The notes below the pieces were generated by a model that was given only the letters and a program-made list of their open reading frames with translations, searched no databases and had not been told where the DNA came from. The position numbers and the translations under genes are program-made. DNA of 64,000 bases from positions 137,952,001 to 138,016,000 of the forward strand of contig NC_058368.1 of the NCBI RefSeq assembly GCF_018350175.1, given 5' to 3'. Positions 1 to 12,640 of this stretch are shown here, in pieces. The stretch is from Felis catus. Taxonomy: Eukaryota. Each line of letters starts with the position of its first letter. Position 1 is the first letter of the stretch.

Positions 1-10
1 TATGTTTATC

Positions 11-78
11 TGTGTGTGTGTGTGTGTATTTGTATAGAGAGATGTGTGTGTGTATGTGTGTGTGTATATATGTATATG
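11..78. repeat. (TG)n/(TA)n microsatellite
   Basis: Interrupted dinucleotide runs. Confidence 0.85.
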
Positions 79-124
79 TTGGGAGTGAGGGTATCACAGT
101 GAGAGACTTAAGAAAGAGGTTCTA

Positions 125-344
125 GGGGCGCCTGGGTGGCGCAGTCGGTTAAGCGTCCGACTTCAGCCAGGTCACGATCTCGCGGTCCGTGAGTTCGAGC
201 CCCGCGTCAGGCTCTGGGCTGATGGCTCGGAGCCTGGAGCCTGTTTCCGATTCTGTGTGTCCCTCTCTCTCTGCCCCTCCCCCATTCATGCTCTGTCTCT
301 CTCTGTCCCAAAAATAAATAAACGTTGAAAAAAAAAAAAAAAAA
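125..344 (+). mobile_element. Young feline-type CAN-SINE in BTF3 intron
   Basis: GGGGCGCCTGGGTGGCGCAG tRNA-like head, (CT)n, A tail; TSD aggttcta. Confidence 0.93.
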
Positions 345-914
345 GGTTCTAGAAAGGCTTTCAGAGCTGAAGTAGGTTTTGGAAGTATCCCACTGAAAAT
401 CTTACAGGGCTAGTACTGTGATGTCTCAACTCCTAAGTGTAGTTTACTTTTTTGTGTTTTAAAAAGTGGATGCTTACCACCAACCAAAGGCATTTAATTT
501 TTTGATCCTTTTATGTTCATTTCAGTAAAGGTTTGTTAAGCATCTCCCTTATGCCATTAACAAAACAGCATTTGAGAAACAGCTTCTTGATTTGTCTCCC
601 ATAAGAAATTCTACCATGATGTGGTATATGGGTTTACCTCTACCCTGGGGGCACTCTGTTGTTCTCGTACTACCTCAGGGCCTGTGGTGGCCAGAGGGCT
701 TGAAAGAAGGGTATGGAATTTGATTTGTTGGCTGTTAACAACATTCTCGTTCATTTGTAGACTGCCATGTTAATGCTTGTACTTAGGGATGAAATCCCAA
801 ATGTTACTGTTGTAATCGTGAATATAAACTGTAACAATGCTTGGCCTTTCATCTGTTTTTGTGGTTGATGTTTATTAAAAACTTAAGTGTGTAACATATA
901 TTTCGCTTTCACAG

Positions 915-971
915 CTGTGGATGGAAAGGCACCACTTGCTACCGGAGAGGATGATGATGATGAAGTTCCAG
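915..971 (+). CDS. BTF3: BTF3 (NAC beta) penultimate coding exon
   Basis: ctttcacag|CT...CCAG|gtagg; translates (S)VDGKAPLATGEDDDDEVP(D), the recognisable BTF3 C-terminal region. Upstream exons lie outside the window. Confidence 0.95.
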
Positions 972-1477
972 GTAGGAACCTTCACTTGTGGTTAAATTAG
1001 AGAATCTTAGCAAGGAAGAATGAAAAATCTTTATACTCTAGGAAAGTACCTTGTGGGGGGAGGTAATAAGGTAAAGAACAGAAAACGTAAACATGAACCT
1101 CACTTCTTTAGAATGGAAAAAATAATGCAGAGTTATTTAACTAGGAGTTAAATTTGTAGACTTGGTTTTTTCTGATTGGGATCCCAGGTAGGTATAGGTA
1201 TCTAACTTTAAATATTGAATAAAAAATGTATGTTGTCACATGAATATAATAACTAATAGATCACAGAAGAGACCCCTGTTCCCTACTTCGAGATCAATAA
1301 ATTTATGAGAAGGCATGGAGAAATTGTTCAAGAGTCTTGGGGGTATGGTGTAACTATTCTAAAATCAGAAAAACTCTTGGCAATTAGGAGGAGGCAATTT
1401 ACTTGGTAAATCTCTTTAAAATCCATTGATGTGTAGGTTTGGCTTTTGTCAGAGTTTCTACCTTTTTCTTTTTCTAG

Positions 1478-1524
1478 ATCTTGTGGAGAATTTTGATGAA
1501 GCTTCCAAGAATGAAGCAAACTGA
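1478..1524 (+). CDS. BTF3: BTF3 last coding exon to stop
   Basis: Polypyrimidine tract + ctag|AT; translates (D)LVENFDEASKNEAN* with TGA at 1522-1524; phase matches the previous exon. Confidence 0.95.
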
Positions 1525-1739
1525 ATTGAGTCAACTTCTGAAGAAGATAAAACTTGAAGAAGTTACTGGGAGCTGCTATTTTATATTATGACTGCTTTTT
1601 AAAAATTTTGTTCATGGATCTGATAAAATCTAGATCTCTAATATTTTTAAGCCCAAGCCCCCTGGACACTGCAGCTCTTTTCAGTTTTTGCTTATACACA
1701 ATTCATTCTTTGCAGCTAATTAAGCTGAAGAAGCCTGGG

Positions 1740-1766
1740 AATAAAGTTTGAAACAAGATTAATAAA
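1740..1766 (+). terminator. BTF3: BTF3 polyadenylation signals (two AATAAA)
   Basis: AATAAA at 1740-1745 and 1761-1766, followed by T/GT-rich sequence. Confidence 0.8.
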
Positions 1767-2339
1767 GTTCTTTGCCTAGTATATGGTTTCATTTTTTATT
1801 TCACTGACACTAATTTGTACACAGAAAGCAAAGTTATTCACAGCTAATCATGGCATGTAATATGACTGGTAATCTTTGATGAAATTTGATTAAAGATTTT
1901 AAATGGCCATATAATGTAACACAGGTGATATAAAGTTACATTTTAAAACTTTTCTCCAGCAATCCTCAGGGCTACAGTGGTTTATGTAATGGGTATAACT
2001 ATAAAATGAGAATGAAATATTCCTTTGAGCATGAGTTTTTTTCTCTTAATACGGTCTGTCTCTTAAATGTATACTAAGTGCCTTTAATATATTATTGTAC
2101 TTAATTTTCTCTCATTTAATCCCCAGTCTATGAAGTAGGGAGGAGTAGCTCCATTTTGTAGTTGTAACCCAAAGTTACCTAAAAAGGAAAGTAATCTCTT
2201 AATAACCCTTGTAGGATATTCTGTAAGACACGTGTAAAAAGTAGTGTTTGTATTAGGAATGCCACCTTATGTTAATTAAATTCAAGTGGTAACACTGTAG
2301 TAGGGCTACTTTTTTCTCTTGAAAAAAATTTATGTATTT

Positions 2340-2449
2340 ATGTATTTTTTTACTTTAAGAAATCTCGGCACCCAACGTGGGGCTCAGACTTACAATTCCC
2401 AAGATCAAGAGATGCATGCTCTACGAACTGAGGCAGCCAGGTGGCTCCT
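2340..2449 (-). mobile_element. Older short CAN-SINE
   Basis: Reverse complement of a diverged SINE head with an A-rich tail. Confidence 0.7.
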
Positions 2450-5400
2450 CCCATTTTCTTTTTAAAATAACACAGTAAAAACGATGTGTACTGTTGCAAG
2501 AGATTTAACAAACAATACTTGTGCCTGCACCCCAATCAGGACATCATCCCCAAAATTTGTCTCAATATAAGGCTAAAACATTGTATTAGCAATCAATGTT
2601 GAAGTAACTTAAAAATTTACAAAGGGCATTTAAAATAAATGTCATCTGCTTTAAGGCCAGATGAAAAAATAGTCTTAGCTTTTTCTTGCAACAATGAGAA
2701 TGTTAAATATCCATAATAATTTGCAAGTACCTTGTGAGGGTACTATGCAGCTATATCTAAAAGTCACTGTAAGTAAACTATAAAAATGAAATGCTTGTGT
2801 AGATAGTATTTGCATATTTAAACATTGTATTACTTTCCAAGGATGTGTCAGTCTTGTTAAAGTCCGCTGCTACAGTAACAGGGACTCAGCAGTCTCCGGG
2901 GTTACAAAATTACAGAGAAGTGCATGTTCCCAGAGTATTGTGGGTCAGGTTAGGCTCTGCTACAAAGTTGCAGGTGCCAGACTCATGGGTAGCCTCTATC
3001 TGGAGCACTCGGCTCCCCAGCAAATGAGAAAATGGTGGGTCATCTACTGGCTTTTAATGCTGTTAACAAATATTGCTTGTATGTAACTGACCAAACAATG
3101 TCTAAAGGAGGACAGAAGATTGGAAAGAGCTAGAGGAGGCCTGAGGGTTTGCATTTCTGATCTACTCCCAGGTGAGTCTGATGCTGCAGGTGCACTGGCC
3201 ATAGTTGGAGTAGATGAGATTTTTAGTTTCCCAACTCATCCCAAGAAATGGAGTTGAAAGTGACAGGCTGACTTAGGCCTGTGAAGAATATGCTACTACC
3301 TGAATATCCTCCCAGGTGTTTGCCCAAGATCTGTACAGGAAAGGGACTAAATGAGGAAATGCCATCGGTTTCCAGGCCAGGCCTACACAGGGCAACTTGC
3401 TCCTTTTAGCAGATGCCGGGTAGGGTTAATTCTGTTGTGCCTGTAGTCAGAGACTCTCCGACAACCTCAAGAAAAGTTCTTTGGTCCATTTTTTAAATGG
3501 TCTGGTGTGTGTTAGCGGCTGTATATTAATAAGAAAAGTTCTTGTAACACCTTCACTATGAGGATTATGCTACAGTTACAAACGACTATTTTAGTTGCTA
3601 CAAAGATTTCTCTGTCACTCTTGATACATGTGCTTTGCCTGCGGCTGGGGTCCACTTTACTGCAAGAACAGCATCTGATCAGAACATTGCTAGTCTCAGG
3701 ACAGGGAAAAGAGAGCAAACAACCATCTGGCTCTGAAAACTTAGGAAGTGATGCACGTCATGAATCAAATTTCATCAGCCGGAGCAAGTCATGTGCATAG
3801 TCCAATCTGAGGGCCACGAGGCCTGGGGAAATATACTCCTTCAGAGCAGGACAGCCAATACTTTTGAACAGTACTGCAATCTGCCATATCCTTACAGTTT
3901 TTCTTTAATTGCCCACAGTTCTGGCGGCTATTATGTGTTAGGCTCTGTATCACTTGTTTTATATAATCTCATTGGTTATCATAATAATCTCCCCCCCCCC
4001 CCCCCCCCCGGCCAAAAGAGCCATGTGATACAGATAAGGAAGCCAACTTCAAGAGGTGAAAATACTTTGTGTCAGATCAACACAGCCTGTTGTGTGGTAA
4101 CATGAGAGTCAAACCTAGGTCTGCTCTTTTGACCTCAGCAACTACTAGAAAGAATTTTAAGTCTTGGCCGGCTTAGAGGGGCAGATGATTCTCATCTGGT
4201 TGATCTTCTGGATGCTGTCACTACATGCTGGCAGGTGTCCTCTACTTTTAAGACTAGTCCTGGGCCAAACTAGCTTTTAGCTGCATCAGAACCAAGGCTT
4301 GGCCAATGAAGAGATAGTGATCAAATTTTGATCTGAAAACTCTTGGGATTAATACCTTTTCTTTGTTGAAATAGTTAAACTGGAGTACACTTGTGTCATC
4401 CTCCCAGTAACCCTGTGGTGCACAGGACAGAAAGCTACATTCTAAAATTTGGAAACAAGTTTAAAACGGGCTGAAGGTCACTAAAGGTTGCGTCTGATTT
4501 CTACTAATCATTTTTCTCCGTTACATAACACCGGATTTATGCTTTAGGAGGCCCCTCTGCCCAATAAGATACATATGTCAATTTTTTCTTTCTTTTTTTT
4601 TTCTTTTTTTTTTTTTTTTTTTGGAGAGAAGTCTTAAGGTAACTAATAACAGGTTTTTAAGGCTTTTCCAAAACAATGATTAGAAAAGTCTTCTATTCAC
4701 ATAAATTTTCATCACTCCAATCAGCACGGTCTTGAATGCCATTTTTGCAGCATGTTTGGGGAATGCAGGCATAGTCAGCAAAGAAAACAGTATCACATCT
4801 CTAGGCTGAACACTTTGTGCACTGTAAAACTAGACAATTTTATTTATTTTTAAAATCATTACTGTTAAAATGTCAAGGCGGCCTGGAAAAGATGCTCTTG
4901 GAAAAGAAAAAGCCCTTTGGATCCTAAAAATATGAGTGAAAACTGTCCAAGGGGAAAATTGCAGATGTCTATTAAAGATTCTACATGTTTTGGTGAAAGA
5001 ATTCGTACTTTGAAAAGCCAAGAAGAGTACTGCCTCTCTCCATCGGTCTGAAAATAAACATACTGACACACTCCATAAATAAGGAAGGGGCCATATGAGT
5101 TTATGTGCTCAGTAAGCAGGGAAGAGAATCAGTGTTCGCTAACTGGCAGTTAGCAAGAAGACAAGGATCTGTTTATACTCTTGCCTTTTATTGTCAATGC
5201 GTAGTTAGATAACACGCAACTCCCAGGAAGCGTTTCTGTTTCTACCTTCGATAATGGCCAGACAAAAGGTAGGAACGGATCTATTTAGTGAACGATGTTT
5301 CTGATAAGTCTTTTACCCAGTGACTGGGGCATGAGGTATGAGAATTCTATCTACCACCATGGTTTCTAGACAAAACAGCCTTGCCAGTTTGTAAAGTGAT

Positions 5401-5821
5401 GGGGTGCTGCAGTGTTTAAACCACCATGGAGAGCACCGCGGGAGGCAGAGAGGAGAGTGGTGGAGGAGGAGGAGTGAGGAAACGCCCAAGGTTAAACGAA
5501 CAAACAAGAATCTTTGAGACCCAAAGTGTTCAACAGACTTGCCTTTGATCTTTACCAAAATTTCCAAAGAAATCCAAAAGGAATTTGGTAACGGACAAGA
5601 GTTGCTAATCAAGATTATTTCCTTTGTTGAACTTTGCAAATCTGACTGTATTTGCTTATTAGGTAGAGAACTAACCTGCTTTAAAAATGCAAACTCCTGG
5701 ACATGATGGAACTGCTTAATCACGGGTGTAAATATCCTTAGGAAGGTTTCTAAGTATATATTAATGTATGTAGTTGAAATGCAAAGGTAGCTACTCCAAG
5801 AACTCACTAAAACATCAATTA

Positions 5822-7690
5822 AGTCAAAGTAATTTTGAGAAAGAAGAACAAGCCGGAGGCATCAAAATCACAGATTTCAATATATACTTCAAAGCTATAG
5901 GAATCAAAACACTATGGCACTGACACAGAAACAGACACATAGATCAATGCCACGGCATAGAGAACCCAGAAATAAACCCATGCTCATATGGGCAATCTAC
6001 GACAAAGGAGGCAAGAATATACAGTGGGAGAAGACAGTCTCTTCAACAAGTGGTGCTGGAAAAACCAGACAGCTACGTACAAAAGAATGAAACTGGACCA
6101 CGTTGCTTTTACGCCCTACACAAAAATAACCTCAAAATGGATTAAAGACCTAAGTGTGAGACCTGAAACCATAAAACTCCTAGAAGGAAAACATGGGCAA
6201 TAATTTCTTTGACATGAAGCATAGAAACGTTTTTTTAGATGGGTCTCCTGAGGCAAGGGAAACAAAAGAAAAATAAACTATTGGGACTACATCAAAATGA
6301 AAAGCTTTTGCACAGTGAAGGAAACAGAAAGGCAACCTAATACATGGAAGAAGAAATTTGCAACCCAGTAAGAGATTAATATCCATAATATATAAAAAGA
6401 ACTTAAACCAAACACGAAAACAAAACAAACAAACAAACAAACAAAATAAACCACACACAAAAAACAAAACGAACAAAAAACCCAATTTAAAAATAGAGGA
6501 CTAAATAGACATTTTCCCAAAGAAGACATACAGATGGCCAACAGATATATGAAAAGATCCTGAATACCACTCATCATCAAGAATATGCAAATCAAACCCA
6601 CAATATCACCTTACATCTGTCAGAATGCCTAGTATCAAAACGACAAGAAATAGGGGCCCTTGGGTGGTTCAGTTGGTTGAGCATCTGACTTCGGCTCAGG
6701 TCATGATCTCACAGTTTGTGAGTTCAAGCCCTACGTCAGGCTCTGTGTTGACAGCTTGGAACCTGGACCCTGCTGCAGATTCTGTGTCTCCCTCTCTCTC
6801 TGTCCCTTCCCTGCTCATGCCATATCTCTCTCAAAAATAAACATTGAAAAGAAGAAAAAGAAAGACAAGAAATAATAAGTGTTGGCAAGAATGTGAAGAA
6901 AAACAGAACTCTCATGTATTGTTGGTGGAAATATAAATTAGTGCACACACTGGAAAACAGTATGGAGGTTCCTCAAACAATTAAAAATAGAAATACCATG
7001 CCATCCAGTAATTCCACTCCTGGATATTTACCCAAAGAAAACAAAAACAGTAATTCAAAAAAGATACATGCACCCTTGTGTTTGTTGCAGCGTTATTTAC
7101 ATTAGCCAAGGTATGAAAGCAACCCAAGTGTCCATAGGCAAATGAATAGATAAAGATGTAGTATAGATACACAATGGAATATCAGCCACAAAAAAAGAAT
7201 GAACTTGTCATTTGTAACAACATGAGTGGAGCTAGAGGGTATTATACTAAGTGAAATAAGTCAGATAGAGAAAGACACATACCATATGATTTCACTTCTG
7301 TGTGGAATCTGAAAACAACAAATACAAGTGAAATCTGAAAACAACAAAAACAAGTGAATAAACAAACAAAAAGCAGAAACAGATCCATAAATACAGAGAA
7401 CAAACTGATGGTTGCCAGAGGGGAGGGGGGTTAGGGGGATGGGCAAATGGGTGAAGGAGAGCGGGAGGTACAGGCTTCCGGTGATGGAATGAATACGTGT
7501 GGGGATGAAGGGCACAGCGCAGGGAGTCCGGTCAGTGGTGTTTTAATAGGGCTGCATGCTGACACATGGTGACTACACTTGCGGTGAGCATAGGAAAACA
7601 CGTAGACTTGTGCAAACCCTCTGTTACACACCGGAAACTAATGTAACATTGTATGTCAAGTATACTTCAATTAAAAAAAAAAAAAAAAAA
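5822..7690 (+). mobile_element. 5'-truncated LINE-1 (ORF2 3' part, 3'UTR, poly-A), interrupted by a SINE at ~6653-6862
   Basis: Disrupted L1 ORF2 motifs ([33 protein letters not shown]); poly-A at 7673-7690; the nested SINE has TSD gacaagaaata. Confidence 0.92.
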
Positions 7691-7700
7691 CTTACAGCGA

Positions 7701-7914
7701 GGGGCGCCCGGGTGGCTCAGTAGGTTAAGCGTCCGACTTCGGCTCAGGTCGCAATCTCGCGGTTCGTTGAGTTCGAGCCCCGCGTCGGGCTCTGGGCTGA
7801 CGGCTCTGAGCCTGGAGCCTGCTTCGGATTCTGTGTCTTCCTCTCTCTCTGCTCCTCCCCTGCTCATGCTGTGTCTCTTTCTGCCTCAAAAATAAATATA
7901 TAACATTAAAAAAA
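7701..7914 (+). mobile_element. CAN-SINE
   Basis: Full head, CT tract and tail, next to the L1 poly-A. Confidence 0.9.
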
Positions 7915-8369
7915 TTTTTTTTGAATTAGAGCAAAACAAAACAAAAAACAAAAAAAATCCGTCAGTTACCATATATGTAAAGAGTGGGAATTTCCACAAT
8001 CATGGAAATATGCAAACTAAGGCAATTTTTTTTCCTCATGAAACATTGTTTTGGCTAAATATAAAACATTATCAGTTAACTTCATCACATAAATAATATC
8101 AAATTGGATGTGTATATCACCATAAAAAACCACATCAAGTACACCTATTGTCAGTTTTAGGGGATTCATCTGAATGATCATCACAGCCGTTTCTTGTGTC
8201 ACACACCTTGTCCATGTATGTCCAAGTCTTCTGGTTGGAATATAAGTTTTGTTGGAGGCCGATTAGATGAAGGCATTATTTCTAGTAGAAAGAATTCCTG
8301 CATGATAATGTTTTAAATATAATTCTGAATTTTAGTTATTAGTTGCTGGTAACTGTTCTTTAATTCTTT

Positions 8370-8617
8370 TTAAAAATTTTTTAACGTTTATTCTTTTTTT
8401 TTTAATTTTTTTTTCAACGATTATTTTTTTTTGGGACAGAGAGAGACAGAGCATGAACGGGGGAGGGGCAGAGAGAGAGGGAGACACAGAATCGGAAACA
8501 GGCTCCAGGCTCTGAGCCATCAGCCCAGAGCCCGACGCAGGGCTCGAACTCACGGACCGAGAGATCGTGACCTGGCTGAAGTCGGACGCTTAACCGACTG
8601 CGCCACCCAGGCGCCCC
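8370..8617 (-). mobile_element. Young CAN-SINE with composite tail
   Basis: Reverse complement of the young consensus. Confidence 0.9.
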
Positions 8618-8996
8618 CCATGATGGTTTTTTAAAAAATTTTTAAACTATAAAATGTTGAAGTTCAGATGTAAATAGCAGAAGGATAACCCTTATATCCC
8701 CAAACATAGCTACACCTAAAATAATGTATCTACAGAAAATCCTGGTTTGGTGTATGACATGGTACACAGGCTGGAAATACTTTCAATTTAGGTGGGGAGT
8801 TGAGGGCTTTGTGAAAGTGCGTCTTGCGACTTGAATGTTTTGTAGCTGAAGTGTGTTGATAATTAAGGGGCAGACAGTCCGCAGTTTGTATCCCTTAGTC
8901 CATAAGGTGCCTGGCATTGTGATTGTAGCTCACTTCTCTCAAGTCACTAATGATATTTAACACCCCACTCCACCTAATTTAATACTAAATTATACA

Positions 8997-9207
8997 GGGG
9001 CGCCTGGGTGGCTGTCGGTTAAGCGGCCGACTTCGGCTCAGGTCACGATCTCGCGGTCCGTGGGTTCGAGCCCCGCGTCAGGCCCTGTGCTGACGGCTCA
9101 GAGCCTGGAGCCTGTTTCAGATTCTGTGTCTCCCTCTCTCTGACCCTCCCCTGTTCATGCTCTCTCTTTGTCTCAAAAATAAATAAATGTTAAAAAAATT
9201 TTTTTAA
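8997..9207 (+). mobile_element. CAN-SINE
   Basis: TSD aatact(a/g)aattatac. Confidence 0.9.
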
Positions 9208-10250
9208 ATACTGAATTATACTCTCTTCTGTATTGTTCACCATTTCCCTAGTCTCCCTAATTCCAACGGAAACTTCTTGAAGGTAGAATCCACGTTCTGT
9301 GTGAACTTCAGAGTTGGGGAGAGTTGGAACCTTATCTAATCGTTTTACCAGCTCTCTGATCTGGGGCAAGACTTTCTGAGTCTCTGTTCAGAATGGTTAT
9401 AACAACCACCTCTCAAGACTGTTGAAAAGAACGAAATAAAGATGTGATATATTTAATGTTCAGAGCAATGGCTGGCTCGCACCACATGCCAATTGCCCAC
9501 TATCAGTAGACTCACCCCCAAATCACCCGTACCGGGAGACTCAGCCATTTTGGAAATAGATGGGGTATAAATACATTCTTGTTTGTTGAGTTAATAAATT
9601 GACATTGTTGAGTATGATTATTGGCCTGCCACATAGAAGACACAAATACTTGCAGATTTTGTGAGTATCCCCAAAAGGGTCCCCAGACCAGTCACAGCAG
9701 CCATAACTCTGAATACAAAGAATGCCGTGCAGAAAATCCGGAGGCACTGCCCAGTGGGAGGCCAGCCAGCATTGCCCTGTCACAGCAAAACACACAAGCA
9801 CAAAGAACAAGTCTTCATCTCAGGGCAGAGACTCGTGTTGAGGGCATTGTTGACTAGCTCTGTATTGTCCATGGTTATCTTAGTGTGAAGGCAGGAGCCA
9901 AAGTTACAGGACTTTAAATGTATGCTTTGAGTTAGAGTGGTGTTTTCCGAGTCTACAGTTTCTAATTTGATCTTCTGGGTAAGCAGCCTTAGGATTATTT
10001 TTTTTTTTTTTATTTTGCACTTAAGTGATCTCTACACCCAACATGGGGCTCAAATTTACAACCCCAAGGTCAAGAGTTACATGCTCTACCAACTAAGCTA
10101 GACTGGCGTCCCTGTGTAACCAGCCTTACGATGAATGAGCATCGCTCTCCCAGTTGTGAAAATGAAGTTTTAAAAGAAACAGATGAGCACCAGGTGAAAA
10201 ATGGGATTGTTGAATTACTACATTGTACACCTAATTTAACTAAATAAACT

Positions 10251-10470
10251 GGGGCACCTGGGTGGCTCAGTTGATTAAGCATCCAACGTCAGCTCAGATC
10301 ATGGTCTCATGGTTTGTGGGTTCAAGCCCCACATCGGGCTCTGTGCTGACAGCTCAGAGCCTGGAGCCTGCTTTGGATTCTGTGTCTCCCTCTCTCTCTC
10401 TCTGCCCCTCCCCTGCTTGTGCTCTCTCTCTCTCTCTCCCTCAAAAATAAACATTAAAAATTTTAAAAAA
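10251..10470 (+). mobile_element. CAN-SINE
   Basis: Head, CT tract and tail. An older minus-strand SINE lies at ~10000-10110. Confidence 0.88.
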
Positions 10471-10666
10471 TAATATGACTAGATAAACTAATATAACAAA
10501 AAGCTAAACTCTAAACTACTATAACAAAAAAATAAAAAACAAATAAAATGAAGAAACAGAGCCAGTGAGGTGAAATGGCTTCCGAGGCTTATGTTGATAT
10601 AAATGGAATGATGTCATGTCAAACCCGGGCCTTCTGATTCCCCGCCCAGGACCACTTCTACTATCC

Positions 10667-10843
10667 TAGTGTTTCCCAAACCCTGGTTTTCAAACTATCT
10701 ACCTCAGACTCACTGAAGGAGAGGCAGGTTCCTGCCCCCACCCCAGACCTACAGAATCAGAATGTCTAGTGAACGGGGCAGGGAGTCTGTGTATGACTGA
10801 GCACATCAGGTCATTCACTTTCACACCAAAGTTTGAGAACCAT
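10667..10843. mobile_element. MER5A-like hAT-Charlie MITE remnant
   Basis: Ends tagtgtttcccaaac...aaagtttgagaacca with the internal ccccagacctacagaatcagaat motif. Similar fragments at ~3140-3210, ~12870-13030 and ~22860-23040. Confidence 0.65.
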
Positions 10844-11254
10844 GGCTCTGTGCCAAAGATGACACGCAGACCTGGGTCTTGGGTTCCAACCAGAAGTTCC
10901 AAAGGCTGGCACTTGGTGCTTTGGCGAACCCGAGGATCCTGCAACAGAAAGGCGGGAGATGCAAGCCGCCGCCCTTCAGAGTGGCGGGCACCGTGGGAAC
11001 TTGCCTGACAGGTTTTATTAGCACATCATGAAGAGAAAAATAATGTTCAGACTGCTCTGGGTCATTTTTGTCAGAGTTCAGCAGCCCTACCTTCCCCAGA
11101 CAAGGAGAGCCTTGGTATTTCTGAGGTAGGCCCTTGGCCAGGGTTCCTAAATATCTCTGAACCTTCTTCAGCGTCCTGAGGCTGCAGTTGTGACATTTCT
11201 GGGTCCCCTCTGACAGAAATTAGCATCCAAACCTCCTGTGGGAAAATAGTACAT

Positions 11255-11498
11255 TTTATTTTATTTTTATTTAAAAAAATTTTTTTTTAATGCTTATTTA
11301 TTTTTGAGAGAGAGAGAGAGAGAGACAGAGCGTGAGTAGGGGAAGGGCACAGAGAGAGTGGGAGACACAGATCAGAAGCAGGCTCCAGGCTCTGAGCTGT
11401 CAGCACAGAGCCTGACACGGGGCTCGAACTCACGAACTTCGAGATCATGATCTGAGCGGAAGTTGGACCCTTAACCGACAGAGCCACCCAGGTGCCCC
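11255..11498 (-). mobile_element. CAN-SINE
   Basis: TSD tagtacatttta. Confidence 0.9.
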
Positions 11499-11890
11499 TA
11501 GTACATTTTAACAGAAGATAGATGGGATGGCATCTTTTCATGGGAGCAACTCCTAGACTCTAAGACTTCTGTCCCTTTGGAAGTAAATCAAATACAAATA
11601 TTAATTCTTTTCTCTCCAACACCTAATAGTGTTAACAGTGTCAGGTAGCTGTGAATAGTCACATTATTGGTAAAGAAACTTAAGCTTAGAGTCTCAATGT
11701 CACAGACAGTAAGTGGTAGAAACAGACACTAGAACTCAGACTTCCTGGTCCACAAAGCTCCAGAAGATTCTCTCTGCCGGATCACAAAACCCCTGTCAGC
11801 CCTTCCTCATTAAGCCAGAATCTCCACCTCCTGAGATCAATGTGAATTTGTCCTTCCCAAGTACCTATAACCTTTAAAATGTCCCTACTC

Positions 11891-12113
11891 GGGGTGCCTG
11901 GGTGGCTCAGTCGGTTGAGCGGCCGACTTCAGCTCGGGTCATGATCTCGCGGTCCGTGAGTTCGAGCCCCGCGTCGGGCTCTGTGCTGACAACTCAGAGC
12001 CTGGAGCCTGTTTCAGATTCTGTGTCTCCCTCTCTCTGACCCTCCCCTGTTCATGCTCTGTCTCTCTCTGTCTCAAAAATAAATAAACGTTAAAAAAAAT
12101 AAAAAATAAATAA
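11891..12113 (+). mobile_element. CAN-SINE
   Basis: TSD taaaatgtccctactc. Confidence 0.92.
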
Positions 12114-12384
12114 AATGTCCCTACTCTTTGATTTAGAAATCTCACTTCGAGGACTCTCCCCTGTGCATATAATAGGATATATAGAATAAAGCTGTATGTA
12201 GGAAGACTTTTTTTACATACTGTAATTTGTAATAGGAAATACTAAATGCTAAACAATGCTAAAATACTTCATTGACTTTAAATGTTAAATACACATTTAC
12301 TAAAGTGACTTAAAAACTACTCAGTTTTATATATGATGGGTTCTCAAAAGCATAAACTATTATATAAAAACATTAAGGATGACA

Positions 12385-12640
12385 GGGCATCTGGGTGGCT
12401 CAGTCGGTTAAGGCCATTGGCCAGTCGGTTAAGTGTCTGACTTCAGCTCAGGTCATGATCTTGCACTTTGAGTTTGAGCCCCACGTCGGGCTCTGTGCTG
12501 ACAGCTCAGAGCTTGGAGCCTGTTTCGGATTCTGTGTCTCCCTCTCTCTCTGCCCCTCCCCCACTTGCACTCTGTCTCTCTCTCTCTCAAAAATAAATAA
12601 ACATTAAAAAAAAAACTTTAAAAAAATAAAAATAAATAAA
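12385..12640 (+). mobile_element. CAN-SINE with small internal duplication
   Basis: TSD aaaaacattaaggatga; cagtcggttaag occurs twice in the head. Confidence 0.9.

Noticed and set aside
125..200. tRNA-like A/B boxes at SINE heads
   Set aside because: tRNA-derived SINE promoter regions followed by CT tracts and poly-A, not tRNA genes.
3991..4009. C19 homopolymer as a functional G-quadruplex
   Set aside because: Isolated run inside a MIR-like remnant; its length is prone to sequencing error and there is no supporting context.
5313..5807. Longest ORF in the track (164 aa, minus)
   Set aside because: Non-ATG start, no recognisable domain or splice framework; consistent with a chance ORF. Only a short Cys/Trp stretch is kept as a weak candidate in the findings.
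5988..7105. ORFs with L1 ORF2 similarity as an active reverse-transcriptase system
   Set aside because: 5'-truncated, frameshifted and SINE-interrupted; no RT or endonuclease core.
8017..8202. 61-aa hydrophobic ORF initially suggesting a TLC-domain helix (with FFVFR at ~9710)
   Set aside because: An overlapping frame gives a much better LDLa signature, and the segment order fits LDLRAD1 rather than TLC proteins.
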